A DNA stretch of 64,000 bases from Octopus vulgaris (Eukaryota). Under the pieces are notes generated by a model. It was not told the DNA's origin, ran no database searches, and saw only the letters and a list, made by a program, of their open reading frames with translations. Every line of letters begins with the position of its first letter. Position 1 is the first letter of the stretch. This document shows positions 13,045 to 26,424 of this stretch, piece after piece. The position numbers were made by a program, and so were the translations under genes. Location of the stretch: contig OX597831.1 in NCBI GenBank assembly GCA_951406725.2, forward strand, positions 55,118,001 through 55,182,000, given 5' to 3'.

Positions 13045-13841
13045 ACATGTACGTATGTGTACATGTGCACGCACAGTGTGTGCGTGTTTGTGTATGCTAG
13101 ATCATGAGTGCAACACCCTAACCACTAAGCCATGTGCCCTCACACTATATATATATATATATATATATAATACTGATAGTAAGGTACACAGTATGTGTCT
13201 GGGCTCTCAGCTGGTTGTAAGAGATGTATATAGAGTACAGTTAGACAAGGAAGATTTAAGAAAGCAAGTAAGCCACACTTATAAACATTAGCTGTACATT
13301 AGAAGACATAATGTAGAACTGAAAGATATACCAGGTCTGTTCAACCTATAGCAATAAAAGTTGCTTGTTTCCTCCTTTTAGTCTCATGTCTAATTTTTGT
13401 CTTCTCAAATTCAATCTTTTTCTACTTTATACCAATCCTAGCCTCTATTTCTTTGCTATGCTTGTTAAAGCCATATCTCTATTTTTGGTCCACCAAACCT
13501 CATGACATTATATCTCTTATGTGCACAAATTATTTATTAAAAGTTAATGCTTGTCCAACCCTATAATTAAATTTGCACTACAGAGACACAGAGATAATTG
13601 ATTGGATACTACCTTTCACCATTTTAACATCCATTTACTTTCCTGTGGATTAAATGAATTTTGTTAAGGCAGATTTTCTACTGACAGATGCTCATCCTAT
13701 CACCAGCATCCACCTGTTTCCAAGAAAGATATTGTTACCCCCCATGGTGCAACATGTTTGCAACAATACTGTGATGTTAAGACAGGGGGACACCAACTCT
13801 CACACACACATGCACATACACATATAATATATATATATACT

Positions 13842-14040
13842 TTATTTAAAAGCAGTAGAAATATAACAAAAGCTGTTACTCAGAGTTTCAAGTTCCAGAT
13901 CATCTGACGAACGGGAACATGAAACTCTGAGTAACAACTTTTGTTATATTGCTGTTGCTTTTAAATAACGCATATTACTCTACCTCTGGTATTTAAGTAC
14001 TCTTTTTTTCCACCTTGTTTCATATTTATGTGCTTACTCT

Positions 14041-14045
<5 letters not shown>
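13842..14045 (+). mobile_element. Inverted pair of truncated Penelope-type terminal repeats with hammerhead core
   Basis: Arms 13842-13896 and 13914-13968 are reverse complements. Core CTGACGA(13904)-acgggaacat-GAAA-ctctgag-TA. Confidence 0.55.
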
Positions 14046-14088
<43 letters not shown>

Positions 14089-14256
14089 CATATACAGGGT
14101 GGGCCAAAAGTCATGCATACAATAAGTTCAATACACTCTGGAATTGTCAAAGACATGCTTCAATTTCTCTAAAATTGAATGATAATAATAATGATAATGT
14201 AATATAAATGTCAAATGTTTTGACTTCTGTGTGACTTTTGTGTGTGTGTGTGTGTG

Positions 14257-14309
<53 letters not shown>

Positions 14310-14467
14310 GTGTGTGTTGTGTGTGCATGTGTTTGTGTGTGCATGCATGCATGTATGCGTATATTCGTTTTTGGAACTGAATCACAAAGCACATGAAATA
14401 CTATATATTGTAGAATGTAAATCATTTCATGTTCTCTCTAATGTTTATAAATTATGTCAACAATATA

Positions 14468-15140
14468 CTGTAAAAACCCATGTAATTTGCGCACTTGCGT
14501 AATTTACACGGGTGATTTTCAGGATAAAGTTTGTTAAAAAAATGCTTCTACTCATGTAAAATTCACACCTAAATGTTTTCAGAATTGCCGATATGCCAGG
14601 GGAAAAAGGTTTCCAATTTAGTTGTATTTAGCATAATTTCACTTGCTTAGGATTAGATTTTGTTAAATTTTCATTAAATAAAACTAATCTCTGTTTAACA
14701 GGTATCACATTGAAAACTATTAAATTATGAAGTGTTCATGTTGTTTATCATAAACTTTATTTTACATTTCTTGCCCACAAGAAATTATGTCTGATCTTTA
14801 GCATACTGTTGTATGCCTTCCCAAATCACAGCTACAGGAAAAGTTGCTGATAAGAATTACCAACAAAAACAAAGCAGATAAATATGTACAGGTATTGCAA
14901 ATTAAGTTTAATTACCAATAAACATCAGCTTGGATGACACTTTACTCAACCAACACAGGAATTCTTTTCTGCCTATTCTTGTCAGAACCGCTGATATGGA
15001 ATGTCGAAATTTTAATCCCTTTCACACTTATAAAATGTCAAGCAAACTTTAAAATTTGTCATTACTGTTATTGTCAGTATGAGTAGAACTTATGAATCAT
15101 TTACTGCGAAGGAGAAATTAAACGTGCTCCATTGCAATAG
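14468..15140 (+). mobile_element. 5' part of a pogo-like DNA transposon remnant
   Basis: TA|ctgtaaaaacccatgtaatttgcgcac terminus. ATG at 15079 gives MSRTYESFTAKEKLNVL, resembling Brinker-type DNA-binding N-termini of pogo transposases. Confidence 0.4.
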
Positions 15141-15852
15141 GTAGACAGTCCAAGCAATATAAAATATGGCCCAGACTGTGTTTATGAGCATGAATGTCAG
15201 ACTTCAAAAGCTAGTTACCATTTAATGGTTTTAATAAATTTATACAGAAAAATAAGCATTATACCATCCAGCATAAATAAAAGTCAACTTCATTATGCAT
15301 ATTCAAGTCATTAATTTTTCTATGAAAACCTATTCTGACATTAAATGAGTCAACTTCTGGTACACATCTTTACATTTTGTATGTCTTTTTGCAACAAAAA
15401 TAAAATTTCAAACAAGTCGGCACCAGGACTCTTTTTTTTCTTGTTTTTAAGCCTAATACTTATTCTATCAGTCATTTTTGCTGAACTGCTAAGTTACAGG
15501 AATGTATATACACCAACACTAGTTGTCAAGTGGTGGTGGGGGACAAACACAAACACACATAGATATATACATATCTTTTATCTTTTACTTGCTTCAGTCA
15601 TTTGACTACAGCCATGCTGGGGCACCACCTTGAAAGGTTTTAGTTAAACAAATCATCCCCAGAACTTACTTTTTTAAAGCCTTGTACTCATTCCTTCGGT
15701 CTAAATTGCTGAACCACGGTGGGCTTCTTTCAGTTTCCATCTACCAAGTCCACTCACAAGGCTTTGGTTGGCCCAAGGCTATAGCAGAAGGCACTTGCCC
15801 AAAGTGCCATGCAGTGGAACTGAACTTGGAGCCATGTAGTTGGGAAGCAAGT

Positions 15853-16265
15853 TTCTTATTTCTTTATTGCCCACAAGGGGCTAAACATAGAGGAGACAAA
15901 CAAGGACAGACAAAGGGATTAAATCGATTACATCAACATCAGTGCATAACTGGTACTTAATTTATCGACCCCGAAAAGACGAAAGGCAAAGTTGACCTCG
16001 GCAGAATTTGAACTCAGAACATAATAGCAGATGAAATACCTATTTCTTTACTACCCACAAGGGGCTAAACACAGAGGACAAACAAGGACAGACAAACGGA
16101 TTAAGTCGATTACATCGACCCCAGTGCGTAACTGGTACTTAATTTATCAACCCCGAAAGGATGAAAGGCAAAGTCGACCTCGGCAGAATTTGAACTCAGA
16201 ACATAACAGCAGACGAAATACCGCTAAGCATTTCGCCTGGCATGCTAACGTTCCTGCCAGCTCAC
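15853..16265 (-). mobile_element. Two tandem SINE family B copies inserted in a minus-strand SINE family A
   Basis: The cccacaaggggctaaaca...gaactcagaacataa unit occurs twice. The host SINE A head resumes at ~16275. Confidence 0.8.
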
Positions 16266-17002
16266 TCGGAATAGGTTTTCTTACCACACAGCTACACCTG
16301 CATCTATGTCCTACAGTTCTTTTTCTTTTGGCATTTTTTTTTTTTAACACTTATTCCAGGATGATACTGATTATTGCCTATTTCATGGCACCTTGAAGGA
16401 TGATAGGAGTAGCTAAATCAAGTTAGGTTAGGTTTAAACACACAACCTCACATTACCTAACCACATACTATTTATCAGTTCTGATCCAGCGTACACGGAC
16501 TAAGTTTAGTTTTCTAGTGCAAACTACTATATGACCTTTTTCTGTACTCCAAGTAGATTTTATGAGTATAACTAATGAGATAGAGAGAGAGAGAGAGAGA
16601 GGTGGAAGGGAAAGGGAAAAAAACAGAGATGCTGATAAAGGAACAAAAAGAATAAAAAATATTGAAAGACTATAGAAATATTGAGTCAGGTTAACATGGC
16701 AATTTATTTGTTGTCGTAGTAGTGGTTGTTGTTGCTGTTGGTGCTGCTGATATTTATATCAGACTACAAAATCAGTAATCTAATTTTACTAAAAAATATA
16801 ATCAATAAGCAGATAAGAAATGTTGATACATGAAAACATTTCAAACAGACAAGAAAGAAAGAGTAAGATGACCAAGCGCTCTTGATTAATAACTTTCGTA
16901 GCGTTTTCACCTTTTTGGCTTTATATAAGAGTAAAAAGTATAAGTGTGTGCATGTGCATGTATATGTACGCATGTGTGTGTGCATGCACCTGTGTGTACA
17001 TG

Positions 17003-17041
<39 letters not shown>

Positions 17042-18689
17042 ACACATCTGTGTGTACATGCGTGTGTGTGTGTGTGCATATCTGTGTGTACATGCATGTG
17101 TGTGTGTGTGTATGCACATCTGTGTGTACCTGCATGTGTGCGTATACACACACACACACACAAGCACCATGTACTACATTTCCAGATATTCATGTGCAAT
17201 GTGTTCCACTTAACGTAAAAACATTTGATTGTTTTAAAGATCTGAGATATGGCAGAGTGTCTTTTTTAACCTTTCTTTTCACTGACTCTCTTAAATAATA
17301 TCACATTTTGAAAAACAGGCCAACAGTTTCTTCCAAGAATTAAAAAAAAAAAAAAAGAAAGAAAGAAAGAAAGAAACACAAAGGTGGTGGCATTGCTGAA
17401 TGGCTGATTGGTGAGGAGGGGGGCAACTCAACACAACAACAATTGCAAAATCCATGCTCAAAATAGCAACAAATGTAACAAAAATGAAGTGACAGAAGAA
17501 TTCAACACCCCAGGTAGGTCGAAAGGTAACTGTGTGAAAATGACATTTACTTAAACTTGGTCATGACCATGTATGGTATATTTGTGCTATTTAGAAAATT
17601 ATTCAAAAGACATTTTACTTTCAAAACTCCCATTACATCACCTTAAATAGTTGAATTTAATACATTTGCATGCGCATGTACACATACACACACAAACAGG
17701 TGCAATTACATGCATTCTGACGTAACTGTAATTTGCTATTATTTCAGGAAATATTTAGTGAACTGAATATCATTCTGAAAAATCTAAATATTTAAAAGCT
17801 TACTATATAAGCGTTTGCTATTCAGATATATAAGAGGTAGGCTGTAAGTTGATACCAGTACACCTCTGTAAAGCAATTTACATTTCTTATGAAATAAAAC
17901 CAATTGTAACTAGAGTAATTAAGCAGTGTTAAGTTAGATTTCGTGTTTCCTTTAACATTTTAGCATTCTTATTACTAATGGCATAGATGGAACGACCCTA
18001 CCAACTGTTTATGGGTAATGTAAACATGGTAAAATAATAGTGTAATGAAATAAATGATGGACAGGTAGCTGCGTACATATGAGATAATTTATAACATAGT
18101 TATACAAATAAATATAAAAATAGATATGCTGGTACCAGGTAAAAAGCACTCAGCCCGCTCTGTAAGGTGGTTGGTATTAGAAAGGGCATCCAGCCATGCC
18201 AAAATAGAAGCCATGCCAAAATAGACAGTGAAGCATGGTGCAGCCTTCTGGCTTGCCAGCTCCTGTCAAACTGTCCAGCCCATGCTAGCATGGAAAACAG
18301 CTGTTAAATGATGATTATGATGATGATAATGATGATGGATAGATAGATATAGCAGAAAATAAATTGGAGAATCAAGAGAATGAAAGTTCATAGTTATTCC
18401 TCACTGAAAAGTATAAATCCTGAAAGCCCATACTGTGATTGTCACTGATGAAAGAGGGAATTTTGAGTAGATCTTCTATTTCCTTGACTGACACATTACC
18501 AGTAGCCAATTCCTATTTGTATCCCTTCCTTTGATGCTAGATTTCAAATACTGGGTCTGGTCTGAGTGCTTATTGTCTGTATCTATTGTATCCCATTTTT
18601 TGATGTCTTCTTACCTATTAAATAAGTAATGAATTGAAATCTGGTATTTTGCTTCCAAGATGGGCATTATGTTGTGTTGCTTCTGTTCA

Positions 18690-19370
18690 CTCAAACAGGA
18701 CCTGAAGAAGTTCAAGGTGTTCCAAATTCAGTGTCCTTGTCAGATCCTTGGTGTCTCTCAACACAACTGAATCTCAAACAACATCCAAGAACAATGCCAG
18801 AAGCAGCAGCTGACCCTTAAGGACCAAATCCAGCAGTGCCGACTACAGTGGTTTGGCCAAATCTGCAGTATGAGCATTAGAAGACTGCCACACCAACTTT
18901 TGTTGTGGCAGCAACCCACGCACTGGAGAATCCAGTGCAGTGCACTAAAGAAGAAAAGGGCAAAACAAACAGAAGAAGACCTGAAGTTGAAGCACCTCAA
19001 CCTGCCGTTCAAGAATTTGGACCTGGAGATCTCCATTTCCAGCGACTTCGAGGGCCACCTCCCAGTAGTGTCAGGCATCAACGAAGAGCCCTCGACTACA
19101 ACAAGATGACCAAAGTTTTTTTCTTTTCTCCAAGGTCTGGGGTCTCCCGCCCCTAAGCCCATCACCTAATCACCCTTACCCGTCTTGTTGCTTAGCAACA
19201 ACAACAGCACCTCAACCTCAAGCATGCTAAGGCCAATGCTATGGATCAGAAAGCATGGAATAACATCATCACCAGAGTCTGCCATCCTGCAGCACTCACA
19301 ACAGCATATTGGTTGAGAGGACAGCCTCTCCTTCCAGTTGCCAGCTAGAGATTTTACTTAGTTACTTTTA
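18690..19370 (+). mobile_element. RTE-clade LINE 3' remnant, interrupted at 19004-19205
   Basis: DLKKFKVFQIQCPCQILGVS...RLQWFGQICSMSIRRLPHQLLLW...EDLKLKHLN|LKHAKANAMDQKAWNNII, ending in a (ttac)n-like tail. The same 3' end occurs at ~40090-40230. Confidence 0.8.
19004..19205 (+). mobile_element. ~200-bp 5'-truncated retroposed insert with (CAA)n tail and 13-bp TSD
   Basis: agcacctcaacct at 18991-19003 and 19206-19218. Removing the insert restores the host RTE reading frame. Confidence 0.8.
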
Positions 19371-19983
19371 TTTAAACCTTGTTGTTGGGAAGAAGTACCA
19401 AATTTTCTAAGAAAAAATGAATATAAAGATGACTCCCATAGACACATCATCATCATCATCATCATTTTAATGTTCACTTTTTCATACCAGCATGAATCAG
19501 ATGGGATTCACTGAGGCTGATATTTCACAGTTGGATTTCCTTTCTGGCACCAATCCTCACTTGTTTCTAAGCAAGGTAATATTTCCTCATGGCTAGACAA
19601 GTGTTTTTGTGGAATATTGGAAACAAATAACACTGCTTTCGTAACAATAATGCTTGTTTAGAACTACTGAGTGATGTCAAAACAAAGACACATGCACACA
19701 GTCTTCTTTCAGTTCCCTCTACCAAATTCACTTACAAGTCTTTGGTCAGCCCAAAGATATAGTAGAAGACACTTGCCCGAAGTCTCACACATTGGGACTG
19801 AACCTAGAACCATGGTTGGAAAGTGAATGTCTTAACCACACAGCTACACCTAGCAAATTGGCAGAGTCATTAGCATGCCAGATTGCCCTGCAGGATTTGT
19901 TCTGACTCTCTGCATTCTGAGCTCAACTTTGACTTTCATCCTTTTAGAATTGTCATTTAAACTACGAGTCCTGTACTTGTAGA

Positions 19984-20254
19984 CAGAGCCAGTGCTAGGA
20001 AATGCAGGGTCCAATTAGAGAATTGTCAGTGAGGTCCTCTACTCTACAAAAGCTGAAGATTGATGTTTTATACTTCATGTAGTACACCAGTCCCAGCCAA
20101 AAAGCATTGAGGGTTTGAGGCTCCATCATTAACCACAATGATATACTAAAAATTCATCATAGCATTTTACACTCAAGTAACTGTGTGTAGGATTCTCTCT
20201 TGATGCAGGGCCCAATTTGAACAAATCTGTCTAATTGGTTTAAAACAGCCCCTG
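19984..20254. mobile_element. hAT-like MITE
   Basis: Termini cagagccag / cagcccctg. 8-bp TSD cttgtaga (19976-83) / cttataga (20255-62). Confidence 0.6.
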
Positions 20255-20276
20255 CTTATAGATTAAGGTGGGTGGA

Positions 20277-20545
20277 TGTTTGAGGTGATTCTTCTCTTTC
20301 TCTCTCACTTTCTTTTATATCTTTGTATTGGATATATAATATAACAAAGCAGTGGGAAAGAAAGTATATACACAACACACTACTATAACTATTACACGAG
20401 ACTCAACGTTCTATATCAAAAGCTCACAGTGAACTGCTACCAACATGAACTCAAATTCCAATCGCTCACAGTTCTTTATAACTTATAATAATGAGTCAGT
20501 CCACTTTTTAGTCACTTGAGGGGTGGTCAGAATCTTTCCACAACA
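20277..20545 (-). repeat. 3' LTR of a Ty3/Gypsy element
   Basis: On the minus strand it starts TGTTG immediately after the polypurine tract aaaaaaaggggaga (20546-20559) and ends ...AAACA. Length 269 bp. Confidence 0.75.
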
Positions 20546-20559
20546 TCTCCCCTTTTTTT

Positions 20560-21340
20560 AGACTCAGTCTCTCCTAACTTCTCCCCTTTTGAGAATTGAA
20601 CTCTGCTCTAAGTTTTAATATCTCTTACATTTAGGGTTCAATTTCAGTGGGAAAAAATCAGCACACACTCTGATTTTATCATTCTTTTTTTTTAACAAAC
20701 ACAGCTGGTGATGCCTATTCAGAGTATTCCACTTTTTGGATAATTCCAAATTTTTCTAGTCTCTCTAACTAAGTTTATCTGTTCTAATGCTGTGAATGGT
20801 ACAGTTTGTTTTTGTTTAAATGTCAGTATGGCATTTTCCTTCTATTTGAAACCATGCCTTCATTTTAGTATACAGACCTACTTTATTGGACAGAACTTCA
20901 AGAAAAATATTAAAAACTTTTCTTTTTTAATTCATCTAACGACTTATTTGTGTTGGAGCATTCCAGCATAGGAGACAAAATCTTCATCTTTTTTGACCAA
21001 ATTTAAACATTACCAGCAACTATTGAGCAGGGAACTTCTTTCACTGAAAATTTTCAATAAAATATTGTTTCATCAAAACAAATCTCACCTGGCTTCTTCG
21101 GTTGAATGTAATTACTGCATTTTTTGTGTTTGGCAGGGGATAACTTCCTTAAAAGCAGTCATACTTTTTTCTCATCGGACCAACTTTTACACTCTTCTTT
21201 GAAGATTTCTACAAAAATATGCAGAGAAGGTAATCCCTTTTCTGGATTATAGCTGAATTTTTTAACTGAGTTTGCTATGCTGTCTGGCAAGTATTTTCAG
21301 ATTTTTTCAACATTAATTCCAGTAACTGTTGGTTTTGTAA
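20560..21340 (-). pseudogene. Internally deleted Ty3/Gypsy (K02A2.6-like) gag-pol remnant
   Basis: Gag-like SIANSVKKFSYNPEKG..EIFKEECKSWSDEKKV*LLLRKLSP..YIQPKKPGEICFDETI..KIFSERSSLLN. RT start VPFTALEQIN..ERLEKFGIIQKVEYSE*ASPAVFVKKK.DKIRVCADF. Contains stops and frameshifts. Confidence 0.85.
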
Positions 21341-22771
21341 GAGAGAGAAGGAGAGAGAGAGAGAGACAATGGTAGGCAGAAAGGGGAAGAGAAAGACAGA
21401 GGGAGGAAGGGGAGGAGAAAGAGGAGAGGAGAGACAGAGAGGAGGGGAGAGAGAGAGTAGAGTAGAGAAGGGGAGGAGAGGAGAGAGAGAGAGAGAGTAG
21501 GAGATGTGGTTTACTGCCAATGATGGGTGAAACAATATAATTAACAAGTATTAAACCTTAATTCCACCAGTTCACAAAGCTAATGAAAGAGAAAGAGGTA
21601 TTGCAACCAGAAGTCCAACTTCCAGGCTTCAGAAAGCTCAAGTGTAGAGTAAGAGATCCAATATTATCTGTGAATTTGTCTCAACCTGCTTTGCTATCAT
21701 TCAACACTACACATGTAGAGAACAGTAGCCTAGTAAGACTCAGGTTCATCCTTGAGTATCTAAATCTGATAAATAACAGTAACAGTAGCAACTGTGCTAT
21801 TCTTAATCAGTGTGAAAACAAAATATGTTATAAATACATAGTAACTATATCAGTTTACTTTTCTTTACTATATTTCTTTAGTAGACTATATTTCAGCAGT
21901 GGAAAGACATTCATGTGTTTTTGAAGGGCATGAGTGGTGTAAATAAAATAAAATGTCTTCATCTCAGAAGATTAAAAAAAACATATAACAAGTTCTCAGT
22001 TTGTTAAGAACTTCTCACTTATTCTATGCCACTCACCACCAGTTCTTTAGAATATAGACAAAGTTGTATTTGAACGAAGTGATATGACCAGAAGACTAAT
22101 AGTGCAGAGAGAGATAAGGTGGGGGAGGATGAGTGCAGCAGAGTTTGTGTTTGGTTAAAATTGTATGAAAAATATCAAAGGTAAAAATAAACCATTTAAA
22201 ATCTTTTATTCTATTTTGAGAGCAATTCTTTCTATTTTTTATTCATCTATTTTTTCATGCACTGTTCGAAGTTATCTGTCAGTAGGTGAATGTTTCTTCA
22301 AATTCACACATATATTTAATTGGAGCAATATTTTACAGACGGATGCATTTTCCAATACAAGTAGCTGAAGCATCCAAAACAAAAACTAAAAAAAGGTTGC
22401 AAGTAACTTCACTTGTGCGGACTTAAGATAAGAGTTAAAACAATGCTAGAGCTCTTCTAGATTATCATAATTGTCTTTTGTATTTCTATTCCCATTTCAA
22501 TCAGAATAGTCTTCAATTGTCATTATATGCAACATTGCCAAAGGGTGATTAATCTATCAGCCATTAAAAAGCTATGGTAACTGGACTTAAGCATTAAATT
22601 TATTCATCCACATAATTAGTGAAATAATTGCATGGGCCATCATTATATTTTAGTTAGATAAATATTAGAAGAGTCAGAAAAGATCTATTCAATTAAAACA
22701 ATAACTAATAACTGGCTTTCTTTTCCCACTATTCTTTAAATAGTGTGTATGCATGTGTGTGTATGTCACCT

Positions 22772-22950
22772 TCTATCTATCTATATCTACATATATAAAA
22801 TTCTTTGTATGTCTGACTGTCTGTTCCCTATGCATTCTCAAATGGCTCAACCACATCAAATCAAATTTTACATGGTAACTGTATTAGATCCTGTGACTGT
22901 CAACATGCAATTTCTTTTTTCATTTGGATTAAAACAATATAACATTGGCA
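22772..22950 (+). mobile_element. Helitron-like 5' fragment
   Basis: tctatctatctatatctacatatataaaattc...tgtctgactgtctg...aatggctcaacc..aaatttt, the same architecture as the 42180 element. Confidence 0.4.
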
Positions 22951-23417
22951 CTGGTTTGGTATTAAGTGTCAAAAGTGAAAGAGTGACATCTATATTGTAA
23001 TGTAATATAATATTGTTTCACTTTTATTCTTTCACTTTTAATTCTAATTTGATAAGCCTAAAATATTGTTTCACTTTTAATTCTAATGTGATAACACTAA
23101 GATCATCTTATTTCTGTTATATTTGAAATAAATAATTTATATCCTAATGTGAAAAACATAACACATCGGCAAATTTCTGTCTTTACAGTCACAACAGCAG
23201 AATAGTGTGTCAGTGTATGTGTTGACTGACATAACGAACAGCTGGAGGTGAAACTCTTGACAAAAAACAATGAGGTAACAGGTCCAAGGTATATAAAAAT
23301 ACACATTTACCATTCAATTACTAGATAATAATTATCGCAGTAGTTGCAAGGTTGCAAAGTGTTTACAATTACATATTTGCCCTTAAATTAACATTTAATA
23401 CATGAGCTTTTATATAT

Positions 23418-23590
23418 ATCATCATCATCATCATCATCATCATCGTTTAACGTCCATTTTCCATGCTAGCATGGGTTGGACGGTTTGACCGGGGTCTGGG
23501 AAGCCAGGAGGCTGCACCAGGCTCCAGTCTGATCTGGCAGTGTTTCTACAGCTGGATGCCCTTCCTAACGCCAACCACTCCGTGAGTGTA
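23418..23590 (-). mobile_element. RTE-related non-autonomous element family C with (ATG)n tail
   Basis: Reverse complement reads ggttggcgttaggaagggcatccagctgtagaaac...aacccatgctagcatggaaaatggacgttaaacgatgatgatg. Other copies at ~6640, 18125, 35300, 47415, 61370 and 63715. Confidence 0.75.
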
Positions 23591-23647
<57 letters not shown>

Positions 23648-23897
23648 GAAACTTATCTATGATAATTATTGTGGCATTTACTGTTAAATTAGCAGTTCAT
23701 AAATATGCATATGCATAATTATGCACATATATAAATATACATATATATAGAGAGAGGGGGGAAGAGAGAGAAAGAAAGAGAGAGAGAGAAGGACAAAGAA
23801 AGAAAAAGAGAAAGATAGACAGATACAGAGATAGAGAGAGACAGAAAAAGAGTGAGAGAGAAAGAGAAGATATTCAGGGTATTAAATAACTGAAACA

Positions 23898-23955
<58 letters not shown>

Positions 23956-24312
23956 GTTTTGGTATTTGTGTGTGTTCTTTTATTCTTGCTTTGGTATTTT
24001 GACAGAGAAATGTAACGTTTTATGTGTGTGGGTGTGGGAGTTCTTTTAGTGTGAGAAAGAAAGAGAAAGAAAATAGACAGAGAGAGAAGAAAGAACATCA
24101 TAGAAAGATGGTGTCTGATTTTAGTTTCACTTTGCAGGACAAACAAGCAGAATCTCTTTGAAGTTGCATGGCAAAAAGACAGAAAGGCAAAAAACAAAAA
24201 CCCCCCAAAAAACCCAGAGAATGTAGAGGAAGAGAGACAATAGAAGAGACATAGAAAGACAATGTCTGGTTTTAGTTTCACTTTGTGGGACAAACAAACA
24301 GAATCACTCTTT

Positions 24313-24362
<50 letters not shown>

Positions 24363-24384
24363 TATATACATACATATATAAATA

Positions 24385-24480
24385 CTAGCTGGTGTACCCG
24401 GTAATTCCCAATAGTAAAGATGTTCTATTGAAACACTTTATTACTCTGATATAAGAAAGAAATTTCATTATAACTGCCAC
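24385..24480 (-). mobile_element. Helitron 3' end
   Basis: Reverse complement gggaattaccgggtacaccagCTAG|t, a degenerate hairpin followed by CTAG next to (TA)n. Element extent not defined. Confidence 0.4.
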
Positions 24481-25984
24481 AAAAGGTGTATTTTCCATTA
24501 CGAAAAAGTACAAAAAACTTTCAGCTGGAGGAGGGAGAGATTGTATGTACATAAATATATGAATGAAGTGTTTGAAGAAAGTGCAATAATAACGTTCACA
24601 CTTACTTATGGTCGCTCTCAGTAACTGCCTTTAGCTTACGGAATTCTTGTTTTTATAACTATTGAATAGCAGCCAGAAGGATAGACATACTGTTGAGAAC
24701 AAATGATTTCGTTGGAGGTCTGTTATCTCCATTCCAGTCCCTGGTGGCCTAGAAGAGGTTAGAAGGGTCAAGTGGCAAAGACATTATTCTGCTTAGCGAA
24801 GGCATCTGGGAAATGTATAACTGCTGTCATTCACAGAAAAACTATTGTTTTACTGTGAGAAAAGCACTGTTGAACTGTTAAGTGAAATTTGGCAATCGAG
24901 GATTGAATCCACGCTACGCCTGCATGAAGCCACTACAAATACGTTGTGGAATAAAAAAATTATTTACTATCATGGAAAAAGAGTAACTGTAAAAATGCAG
25001 AATTATCGGAGTAATGGGCATTCAAAAAAGTATGTATGTATAGAAATGTATGAATGAAGTCTTTAAGGTTTAAGATGCTGGCAAGGGCTGGACAGTTCGA
25101 CAGGAGATGGCTAGGCAGAAGACTGCACTGAGAGACAAAGAAAGACAGACAGAGAGAATGTGAAGTTGAAGTCCAAATATTTGTTCTTCGAGGTTGAATG
25201 ATCCCAAAATTATGTGAAAGTTTACAGAGTACATTGCAGAAAAGAAAATAATTTTTTTTGTAATATAAAAAGTTTCTTTTTTTCAAAATTCTTTATATCT
25301 GACTGACTGACTGACACACACACACACACAAACAAACAAACAAACAAACAAACAAACAAACAAACCAACAAACAAATGGATGTAAAGCCAAACTGCTAAA
25401 AGCAGGTATCTATCCCATCTATTTCACTTCACAATTAATAGCAATGAGAGCTAAAATCATTTTCTCAAATTAAACATTAAAGTAGTCATTTTTTAATAAT
25501 TGTTTGCATGAATCGATAGATAATTTGTTTTTATGCTGGTGGAGAGTGTAATACTGAATATAACCTTTTTTTTATATATATATATTATTACAAAATAAAT
25601 TATTAATTTTGATGATCCAAAATAAAGATTATATTTGAATGTTTTTTCTTCAGCAGAGAACCTATCACACAAAATTTCTGATTGTTAGAATTTTTTCATT
25701 AAAACAAATTCAAGTGTAAGGGTATCAAAAAAGTCTAGTTACAAAAAAAAAAAAAGAAAAAAAAACAGAAATCAAAACTCTTTTAGTCTTCTACATGTTT
25801 CAGTCATTTGGTTGTGGTCATGCTGTGTAGCTAAGAAGTTTGCTGTGTAACTTACAAGATTTTGAGTTCAGTCCAACTGTTCAGCACCTTGGGCAAATGT
25901 CTTCTACTACAGTTCATAGATGACCAATGCCTTTTCAGTGAATTTGATAAATGGAGACTTTATGAAAGCTTGCCATGTGTGTGT

Positions 25985-26021
<37 letters not shown>

Positions 26022-26424
26022 TGTATCTTTTATCTATTACTTGTTTCAGTTATTACACTGCAGCCATGCTGAGGTACTACCTTGCAGGGTTTAATTGAAC
26101 AACTTGACCCCAGTACATTTTTTCTAAGCCTGGTACTTATTCTATCAATCTCTTTTTACAAAACTTCTAAGTTACAAGGACATAAACAAACCAACACTGG
26201 TTGTCAAGCAGTGGTAGTGGACAAACACACACAAAGACACATACATACATGATGGACTTCTTTCAGTTTCCATCTACCAAATCCATTCACAAGGTTTTGG
26301 TCAGTCCGGTGCTACGGTAGAAAACACTTGCCCAAGGTGCTACCCAGTGGGGTTGATCTTGGAACCATGTGGTTGAGAAGCAAACTTCTTACCATACAGC
26401 TATGCCTGCATGTATACATATGTA

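Noticed and set aside
16422-16434. TTAGG telomere-like repeat
   Set aside because: Only two units, which is chance level.
16764-17298. Cys/Val- or His/Thr-rich ORFs (also at 14.2, 37.3, 37.8, 44.1 and 57.7 kb)
   Set aside because: These are translations of (TG)n/(CA)n/(TA)n repeats and are open in several frames on both strands.
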